Assembly: GCF_009914755.1 (NCBI RefSeq)
Contig: NC_060925.1
DNA: 64,000 nt
From: the human T2T-CHM13v2.0 reference genome, Homo sapiens
Strand: one strand, 5' to 3'
Shown here: piece by piece, positions 34,150-45,021 of the stretch
How the letters are laid out: every line of letters starts with the position of its first letter
Numbering within the stretch: position 1 is the stretch's first letter
Notes under the pieces: model-generated
The model's input: the letters and a program-made list of their open reading frames with translations, nothing else
Databases searched by the model: none
Told to the model about the DNA's origin: nothing
Program-made: the position numbers and the translations under genes

Positions 34150-36700
34150 TATGTTTAATATTGGTTTGCTGCTTTATTGAATAATCTACATTTGCTTTTA
34201 AAAAAAGGAAATTCACTTAACTGCATGTCAGTCACCCAAGTTTTAAGTGTACAAATGAAATGGAAAACATTTATTACACAAATTTAATTACAATTCTAAG
34301 AAATAAACATGCAAATTAGATAGAGTTCAATTTGCAGATGCTAATCCTCATCCTTGATCTTGTTCCTTCCTCCCTTGATTTTCAGTCTGTGCGTCTTCTT
34401 GATTCCTAGGGAGCCAGGCAGCCAGAGGTCTGGTTTTTCACAGTCGGAGGATCACTGTTTTAAAGAAGTGTTATATTTAGCACATCTGGTATAGTGGCAG
34501 TAAACAAACATTATAGTCTTTGTAACACTTTTGTGCAGGTGCCTTCTCCCGATTTTATTAGGTCTATGCCTTCCAAGCCTCTGCCTTCATTACACCTGAA
34601 ATGACCCATCTCGACTATGGAGGGGTCCCTAGACAGAAGTTATGAATTAATGATTTTAAAAAATAAACTCTGAGGCCACTATAGGAGAAAATTACTATTT
34701 GCAAAATATTCTGATTCCAAGGCTTAAATTACATTCTCTTGAGCAAGGACAATCTCTTGTATTACTTTTTATTTCCTGGAGGTTTTCCCTGGAGGCTCCC
34801 CACCCAGAAAGGGTTGCCAATTCAAGTTGCAGCAGGACCAAGGTTGCTTTTTTTTTTTTTTTTTAATACGTACGCAGCTCAGGAGGGAAACGGGCGGGGG
34901 CGGGCGGCGAGGGAGAATAACTGTTTGGTCCTGCAAAGACATCTGTTTCTCATCTCCGTTTGCTGTGGCAAAGGAGAAGAAAGTCTTTTGCAAAGGGTGG
35001 GAAAGGCACAGATTTTTTTTTTAATCACACGCACACACAACAACAACAAAACTAAACCAAATTTAAAAAGACAAGATATCTCGGAAGGTTCCAGAGTGAA
35101 TACATTATTCGGCTGGAGCCAAGCCCCCAGGGCTAGGGCGGGAGCCCGAGAGCGCGTGGGGTCTGGGCTGCGGGCTGGAGCTGGGCCCGCGTGTCCCCGG
35201 GCACCGGGAGGGGAGGGGAGGAAAAGGAGGAGGGAGGGCGGGAAGCAGGGAAGGAGGCAGGGGGCGGGCTGGGGTGGGGGTGCGGGAAAGGCGCCCCGTG
35301 TGCAGCCTGAGGAGCGGCGGCGGCGGCGGGAGCAGAGGGAGGGAGGGAGAGCGGGCGCGCTTGTCATGTTCCCTCTCTCACCCTGGGGGCATCCTGCAGA
35401 ACCTCTCCTCGGAAATCCACGGGGAAATGGCAAACAGGATTGACGGGTTTCACACGCTCCTCGCTAGACAGAGCCGCTCATTACCATAACCGTCTGCAGC
35501 GACGGCGGCGCAGCGCCCCAGTCGCGGCGGCGGGACCTGCCGGGACCCTTGCCCGCCGCGCACCCGCAGTCACCGCCGAGCGGGCGGCCGGGCCGGGACC
35601 CGCGAGTGTGCACCGGCGGCCGGGCTGGCGCCGAGCCCAGAGCGGACCAGCAGCAGCTCAAGCGCTGCGGCCGCCGCCTCCCCGCTGACCCCGCGGTAAG
35701 AGCCGGGCTGGGCGCGGGCCGCGGGGGCGGGAGGGCCGGGCAGGGTGGAGGGCGAGGGCCCCCCGGGGCTCCTGCCCTCGCAGACGGGCACCCACGCGGC
35801 CTCCCGCGCGCCCTCTTGGCACCAGGGCTGTGCCGAGGTCACCGAGTGGACTCGCAGCGGCCGGAGCGGAGTCGGGGCGGCGTGGGGGCCAAGGCACAGC
35901 TGGGCGCGGAGGCGGCGCGGGCTTTTCCCTGGGCTAGCGTGCGCCGCGGCGCCTTCACCAGGGCGGGAACCGCCGCCTCCTCTAGGGCTGCTCGGGCTGC
36001 CACCCGCGCGCACCGAGACAACTCCAGGGGCGGGTGGGGTCAGAAGCTCTGGTGAGACCTCATGGTCCTCCGTGGCCGCTTAGTCCCTCATCGTAGGGGA
36101 AGGGGTTAAGTAGGAGGGGTGCCCCCAGGTCCGGATGCCGCGGCGCTTGGCAGGTGGGGAGAGAGGGATTGTGGATGTCAGGAGCGCGCGTTTGCAAGAA
36201 AAAGGAATTGATGCAGTAGCTGACACCTTCTGTCCCCCGCCACCTCCGCCCCCGCACCCTCCTCCCAGGCAGCAGAGCTGCGCTGCGGGCGGCGGCGGCT
36301 CCTCTGTCCTCAGCTCACCTCCTCGGCGGGCTGAGGCTGCTGCCCGCCTGGTCCACGCCTCCGCCTCTCGCTTCCCTTCCTCCCCTCCCGCCTCTTCGGC
36401 CCTAGCAACTTTCCGAGTGCCCAGCTGTGGTCGCAGAAGCAGGGAATAGGCGTCCTCGCCGCCAGGTCCCACGGGCGCAGGGCGCTCCCGCAACCGCGGG
36501 CTTCCAGCGGGTTTGGCCGGCAAGGGAGGGAGGGAAGGCCGGGCCGACATCTGCTGCGGGCTGGAGCGCGGGGGCCCGGGCCAGCCCCGCCAGAGCCCTG
36601 CCAGCCGCTGTGAGTCATTTCCTTGGAATCCTACCTTTGGTGTTTATTTCCCTTAGAAGGAAACTTGGTTTTTTTTTTAAAAAAAAAAAAGGATAAGACA
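34150..36700 (-). ncRNA. SERTAD4-AS1: Antisense lncRNA overlapping the SERTAD4 promoter and exon 1 (SERTAD4-AS1/C1orf133-like); boundaries approximate
   Basis: Recalled locus annotation. Minus-strand AATAAA at 34173-34178 and 34270-34275; minus-strand donors GAG|GTGAGC (36318) and AGG|GTGAGA (35381); acceptor tttcag|g at 34596; 156-aa ATG ORF at 36080..36550. Confidence 0.65.
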
Positions 36701-37100
36701 TAAAGAATAATAATAGCTCTTATTCTTCAGAAGAGGCACACGGCTGCGGCACCGTAGAAAGACAACTTGCCTTTGTTCCCGGACACTTGGGGTGTTGTTT
36801 ACTTTCTCCTGCGGCCAGCGGCCGACCGGGCGCTGCTGGCTACCCGGGGAGGGGCTGAGGGCTGCGGCACCGACACCCCGGGGGTGTGTCTGTGCGGGAG
36901 CCAGGATGTGGTTGGTGGCTGCCGCCCGCCTTCAAGAGGTCGGCCCTCCAAACCTCGGACCCCACCCCCGCAACCGCCACACACACACACACCTTGGGCA
37001 CCAGGGCTCGGGCATCGGAGCACCCCTTCGTGCTCTTTAGGCCCAGCACCTGCAGCCCCAACCACAGGACCCAGCTTCAAGCTCTTGGCCTCGCGGGGCT
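34870..37100. promoter_or_regulatory. CpG island / bidirectional promoter of SERTAD4 and its antisense RNA
   Basis: Very high GC and CpG density, GC boxes (~34893-34905), G-runs, E2F-like GGCGGGAA 35237-35244 and GCGGGAAA 35282-35289. Confidence 0.92.
35480..35695 (+). other. SERTAD4: SERTAD4 non-coding exon 1 (5'UTR); start approximate
   Basis: Strong donor GCG|GTAAGA at 35696 inside the CpG island, downstream of GC boxes; no ATG seen in this exon. The TSS cannot be fixed from sequence. Confidence 0.75.
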
Positions 37101-40100
37101 GCAGCTGAGAAATGTACTTCCCAGGGCAGACAGGTGTACTGCAGGAACGGCAGAAAAGCGACATCTGTTTGTTTAGAAGGGTTGAAGAATTTTGTTCCGC
37201 CCATCCAGTCCCTTCCACTACCACCACCAGGAGCCGGACAAGCTATTGAGATCATTTTGGGACAATGTGGAGGTCAGGGGCTTGATGCCATTTAAAACTG
37301 GCAGCATCGATCGGGGGTGGAAATAGCCCTTTACTTCCCTGCTTTCCAGTGCTGGAATCAGACTGCTAACTGCTATAATGATCTTAATCAAATGCTCTCC
37401 AATTTTCAATGACAGATGGAAGAAGAAGTGAGCAAAGAATGACCTGGAGCCCCTTGTTAGATTCAAGGTGCCGCTGAATTCATAGCTACCCTGTTTTGTG
37501 TGCCAGCCACTCCTATTAGCATCATAATTGCTTCTAGGAAAGAACAAGCCCAACTCATCTGGAAAAAAACAAATTGTATAGAAATGCCTGGTAACTTTAC
37601 TACGAACATTTGCTGGAAAAGCTTGGCATTCTAGCCCTCAGTCTTCTGGGGATGCTGGAAGTGTCATTCCACTACATCCACCTGGGTGTCAAAACAGACA
37701 TTCAGGAGCCTGAGGATGAAGGGTTAGGGCTTTTTTTTTTCTTATCTTTTAAACCCATGCATAGACAAAACACACTCTAACACCCTCCTGTTGAATCCAT
37801 CACCTCTGATCTTAGAAAATAAATTTTGCCATAATGTATATCCTTTTCTTTATTTAATATTAATAGAACACGAATTTGTGGACTTGAATTGCTGACGTCA
37901 GTAGCAGAATTATAAATCTTATCAGACAGAGAATTATGACAGTTTAGATCTCTACATATAATACGAAGAAAGATTCACGTTAAGCATTTGTGCTTAACGC
38001 TGCCCTGTCCAATTTTTCGTGAACATTCAACTTGCCTTCTTAATTTGTTAACATCCAGTGTAAGTTTTAAATAGACTAGGAAGACTCAATTGCAAAATCT
38101 CCTCCCCGCTCCCAAATAATCCCAACTCATTCATGTTTTATTCAGATTTACATAAATCACTTGCAGAACTCAGCCTCTCTAGTTTAGGGTTTTGTGTGTA
38201 ACAGTTCTCAATTTAAAAAAGAAAAACTTAGTAAAATTAGATATTGTGAACAAAATAATAGCCAAGATAAATACTGTTATGCCATGTTTCAAGTTCACGT
38301 GCATAATAGGATATGCTGGAAATAATGCTAACAAATAGAAACGCTGAAATTCCTCACAACCAAAAAAGGTACTACCAAAAAGTTATTAAAATATAAACAA
38401 ACTCTGACAAACATAAAACAGCACAGGGCCCATATAATGTCCTGTTAAACAAAAGTAATTGCTGCCAGGAGCCTGCAAATGTTTTTCTTTCTTAAGGGGC
38501 ATGAGTTTGACAACCTGCTTTTGTTTACATGAAATAAAAGTCTGCATAGGCAAAAGGCTTGCATCTTATTCCCATGATCTAACACAAAAGTGAGTGTAAA
38601 CTTCAAACTAGAAAATGTTGATTCTCTCAATAAGAAAGGGCTGCTGACTGTTGAAAAGCTGTAATTCATGTGCTCTTGGCAATAGTATTTCCTGATATGA
38701 TTGTCTCTTAGAATAGGTGAAGAAACTGGACAATTTCATGAGAGTCTTCCAGGGAATAAATCATCATGAAGTTTGATACCCTACTTGGATGAGGAGTTTG
38801 AGAAATGATAGACAGAAGGACTTAATTTGTTAAATCAATGTAGGCTAAATTTCTTTGTTGATGACTCAAAGAGAAAAATAAATGACATGTCCCATCGTTT
38901 CTTTGTAAAGATTTAATCGAACCTTTCTTTTGCCCACTTGTTTTAAGGTTTACTAATAAGTCCGTACTGATGTCTCTTTGGAGGGCATCTTAAAAGAGAA
39001 CGGGGAGGTGTTGTAGCAGCCCAAACCAGCTGAGTCCTAATTCTCTCCACTGACCTGTACACCTTCCCTGTCTGTCAAAAGATCTTGCTTCATTATTCAG
39101 TGTGGTTGGGACAGAATTTGAGACCTCAGAGAGAAGACTGGGTGAAAGGTAGAGTCATTGCTGCCAAGAGCTGCTCTTTTAGCCAGAAGGACATTGTCAC
39201 TTTAATGATGCTATTTCGCCTTACCCTGGTGTTTTTCCTCTTTTTCCTTGGAAGTGGACCCTTGTTATAGCATGTAGGTAATAATAGTCTCCCACGAGAC
39301 AATGGTAGATTCACTCTTTCCCAGAAACATTACAAGCTGTATAATTTGGAAAAGAAAGCAAGAACTGGGCCCTTAGTTTATGTTTGAAAGACAATCAATC
39401 TTCAGAAAGCCTGACGTCACTTGTGTGACAGTTCTTGAAACCACAGAATGAGATAGTGGGGGCTTGAGTCTCCTAAAGGGATTGGCAGTTAAGGAGGCAC
39501 TGAGGTTGCGCTACTGTCACCACTGGTCTATGGCTGCTAGGTCTTTTTACCTTCATATCAGACTCTCCTCTCCCTTGAACTTACTCTTGACCCTACCTCG
39601 AGACCTGCAAAGGGCCAAGTGAAGACACAGAGCCCCCATGAAAGCGGCCTCACTGCCTGAGCTATCGAGGGGCCCAGGAAGCCTCACAGAGCAGAGAAGC
39701 TCCCATCTCCCTGCAGGCCCAAGGGAGAAGGGCGTGAACTGGAGAGAAGGGCAGTGATGTGTTGCCTCTTGGAAAGTTCCTGCTCTGTGTCTGGGCTTTG
39801 CAGTGTAAAGAGTTGTTGGCTGCCTCTGGCCCCAGAGCCTGGCTCCTGTTTAATATTCTGCCTGCTCCGTTGATGTTGTGCTTGGCTCCTGTGGGACTGC
39901 AACTCACGGCTTGAAACTGGAGCCAATTTTCTGTCTTCATCTCGCAGTGTTTTGACTGGAGGCAGATCCAGTTCAGGCCGATCAGGGCTGGTGGAAACAA
40001 CTACCAAGTGTCTCTCTGTCTGCTTTGCTTTGGGAGAAGAAAGTGGAGGGAGCCCCAGCATGTTGTAGAGGAACTGGCCTGCGGAAACGAGAGGAGGAGG

Positions 40101-40581
40101 GTGCAGGGGGCAGCGGAACAGACTGAACCTCAGAGCATCAGTTGGAATTACGGTGGATATTTCTGCTTCCCCTGCCCTTTTCTTTTGATTGATTAGTGGA
40201 TTTCATCAAAGGAGACTCCCGGGGGATTGACTAGAAAATTGATTTTGCCTTATTAATAGAAAGGAAGCGCAAGGGTTTTGGCTTCTTAGCAGTACATTTT
40301 CTTTGGAAGGTCAGGAGGAAAATGTGTTTAGGAGGCAAAGCAGCTGTCTAGAAGAGGGCTGAAGGGAATCTGAGAACAATAAGAAATGGGGTTTTAAAGA
40401 TCCGCCCATGAAATGCAGATTGCTGAACACAGAGGCTGAGCTAATAGCAGCTAGAGAGTTTGCTGAGGTTTTCTTTGAAAAAATAATAAAATGTTTCAGG
40501 GTAAAGGGGAGGGCCGAGAAGTAAAAGTTTCCCAAAGCAAAGAAATGAAGATGCCAAGGCCGTCCCTTGGCTTGCTCTTGA

Positions 40582-40911
<330 letters not shown>

Positions 40912-41258
40912 TGAGCCAGGAGAGCTAAAGCTCCAGGGACTTCCCGGGCTGCCTGTGCGCCTCTCATAAGTGAGTCCAGAGCTCCAGAGAGAGGACCAGA
41001 GGTGATATTTAAATTGCATTCAAACCTGTGTCTACCCATGCTGCTTTTTGAATATAAGTCATGTGTCTGTATTTTTAAGAGGGCCAAACCAGATATTGAA
41101 ACTCTGAGTTTGGGTTTTGGTTTTCTACCCTGTGGAACTGTATGGTTCTCTCACAACTATGAAAGCTCTGGTGGGCTCAACAATGACACCTTTATCCCAT
41201 GAGATATAAAGGAATCTGCACTTTGGGCCAGCAGCTATGAGCTTCTTTTCTTTGTTAA

Positions 41259-41390
41259 CCCATTTATGCCCAGTGTTCCATTATTGGAACGCTAAGCTTG
41301 TGGAAGTTATTTATATCCTACTGCTCAAGGTCATCACCAAGGTCTGACTTTTCAAACACAAAAAAATTTGCAACCTATGGCATAAATGGG
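41259..41390 (-). mobile_element. MER85 piggyBac-derived MITE in SERTAD4 intron 2
   Basis: Perfect 12-bp TIRs CCCATTTATGCC/GGCATAAATGGG, TTAA (41255-58) and TAAA (41391-94) flanks, internal palindrome GTTCCATTATTGGAAC at 41275-41290. Confidence 0.9.
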
Positions 41391-42163
41391 TAAAGCACAC
41401 AATTGGTTTTAGGATTGTAGGAAAAAAATTTAAAGCCAAGAAAATAGAAGTATGTTCTTCCTGATTCTTTCTTCTTATAGTTTAAGTTCCTTTGGATTTT
41501 TTTGCAGTATTAGCTATTTTTAAAAGAAACTAAAATATAAAACAAGTACTCAATGAAGTCTGTTTTGCTAAAAAAGATTAAAAACTGTGGTCTTCATGGT
41601 TGACATACTACATTTTGGAGAGTGAAAAGGACATTAGTTACCCAAAATTTTAACTCAAATTTTAAAAATTTGAATTTTGTATTTTGAAAAAAAGGAATGC
41701 TATAATCCCAATGTGCAGATAACCATTTGTTCACTAACCTAAAGCCAATAAGATTTCAAAGTTGTTTGGTTATCAGTGGTTACAGTTAAAGATGTATACA
41801 TCTTTAACAGTGGTGCTATGTTGTCATGAATTTAATTAAACAATTTAAATAAATACTAATATATTTTAGAGAAATTACACTCCTCCCCTTTATGAATGTT
41901 GCAGTTTCCTTTTGCATAGAATTAAGATTCTGCATATTTATTAAATGCTAAAATATGTGATTTTCCTCTATAATTGCCTAGAAATCTTTTCCTAGCCTGG
42001 GTCACAGGATTCCATATGATAGCAACTATTAAGACAAATGTTTATTTTTAATCACCACATGTACAGACAAATATGTAGCCAAGTTATCCTCTAGAAGGAA
42101 AGGAAACGAAAGTATTTTGTTTGGAGAACCTCTGGCAAACCGCATGTCATTTGTCATATCTGA

Positions 42164-42322
<159 letters not shown>

Positions 42323-43639
42323 TAAGAGTTTAAGATACTTAGTAACAGTTGCTTGATCCACTTCCAGGAATTAAATTGTTTCACCCAAGCAATGAAAATG
42401 AGCCACTTCTCAGTGGAGCCTCATTAATCGTTGTCGCTTTTTTGGGTCCTGTGTTATTTTTCACAAGTACTTGAAGAAAAAGCTGGCAAGAGCTATTCTA
42501 CCCAGAAATGTCAAAATTATGTAATCCAAGGAATTTTTTTTAACGTATGATTTAATATTTCTCAGACTGTGTTTTGGGTTATGGTTCTTCCACACTTTTG
42601 TGTGTGGGGAATGCGCTCGTTCTTTCCTGTCATGTTCTCCCCAGTCTGAGTTCTGGCTCCTGCAGCCAATGCTACTTCCCTGTGTGTCCACATGGGGGTG
42701 GTTACACAGGGCTTTTCCTGACCTCTTATGGGTAGACTCATCATCCTTGAATGTGTGTATACAAGTAGAAATATGCACTTCACTGGACATGGGTTACATA
42801 TAAGTTTGTTGAAACATGGACTTCATTTCCAGGAAAAGACCAAAGCTAACTTTTTTGTAGGTATAGTTAAAAAAAAAAACAAGATGGGGAAATTGCATAG
42901 AATTATGAATCTGGGCATCTAAGCTTTTGAAATATCAGTTCATTTTTCTTTAGAGTTACCTTCCTTCAATAACTATCTGCTGATTTAATCAAGGCAGGTA
43001 TAAGCACAGACCATAGTTGTCTGAAATGCAGAGAGGATTTTCAATTCTTCTTCCTCTCTGTCTCCTCTTGCCTTCCCCCTCTGCCACCTCATCCTTTAGA
43101 TGTTGCTTTTACCTTGCTCATGAAAAGACAGCAGAATGCATTGGTAGGTACTGGGCTTTTCCCTGCATGTGTAGTCCCTGCCTTTGGTCAGTATGGGCTG
43201 GTTTAGTTCACAGCTCCTCAGGTTATGGTGCCAGTTTGCTTTTTTGATGGCCTGGAATAACTGGTCCCCAGGACACAAGCAGTTTATTTCCTTTTTAGTT
43301 TCTGTGTTGTGGTTGTAGCAGTTTCCCAGTTGCTACTGGATTTGCACCAACCATCGCATAGTGACAGTGTCACACAGCTCAGGAGTGAGCCCTCTCATTT
43401 CCTCTCGGCATCTCGTCTCCCACTCAGCTCCACAAGGAAGCCTACTTTGGTCCTTCAACTGACACATTCTGTCAGGGTCTGAGCCTCATTCATTAGTGTG
43501 TCCTCTTATCAAGCAAGGATAATTGCAAGTATGAAACCCAAAGGATTAAAAGAGGGACAGCATTAAAAGCCAAATCTCATGCTCCTTCTTGGCTAGACCA
43601 GGGTTTGAAGTATATTCATTATGACTTGCATTTTGGCAT

Positions 43640-43910
43640 CATTTTAAAAACATGTATTGATGTACAATATATGAGTTATGTGTCTGTGTGTGTGTATTTG
43701 TATAGACACACATAAAAAAGTACAGGTATCACAGTACAGCTTGATGAATTTCATGAGGTCATGTAACTAACATCCAGGTCGAGAACCAAAACATAACTAG
43801 CAACCAGAATCTTCCTTCTGCCGGCTTCTAACACTACCCCTCGCCCCGCTCACCCCAACTCTGAAAGTACCTCCTCTCCTGACTTCTAATAGCTTAGATT
43901 AGTTTTGTGT
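43640..43910 (-). mobile_element. Old L1 3' end fragment in intron 3
   Basis: gtacagcttgatgaatttc...catgtaact...ctcctgacttctaa..tagattagttttg. Confidence 0.6.
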
Positions 43911-44241
43911 TTCAGCATCTTCCTTATTGGGCCATAATAGATCAAACCACCTGAACTGTCCCTCCTGGGGCCTGCACTGTGGCTCGATTCCCTAGTGCTT
44001 GACCACACCAGTGAGTCAGGAAGTGGGTGGGTGCTCCAGCCAAGTGAGGAAAGGGAATATCAGCAGAATGGGGGACAGCCTCTCTAAATTAACCCTGCGG
44101 AACAAGACCACAACATGCCCAGACCCAGACAGTGCCAAGAAAGAAGTATGCTATGATGATGTTTTCATATAGTCCATTTTCTAAGCTTTCTCTCTTCCTT
44201 TTTCTGTTTGTTTTTTTCTTTTTTTTTTTTTTGGTTTGTAG

Positions 44242-45021
<780 letters not shown>

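Noticed and set aside
34739-37255. Many overlapping 100-234-aa ORFs in the promoter island
   Set aside because: Stop-codon scarcity in GC-rich DNA; mostly non-ATG starts and no recognisable domains.
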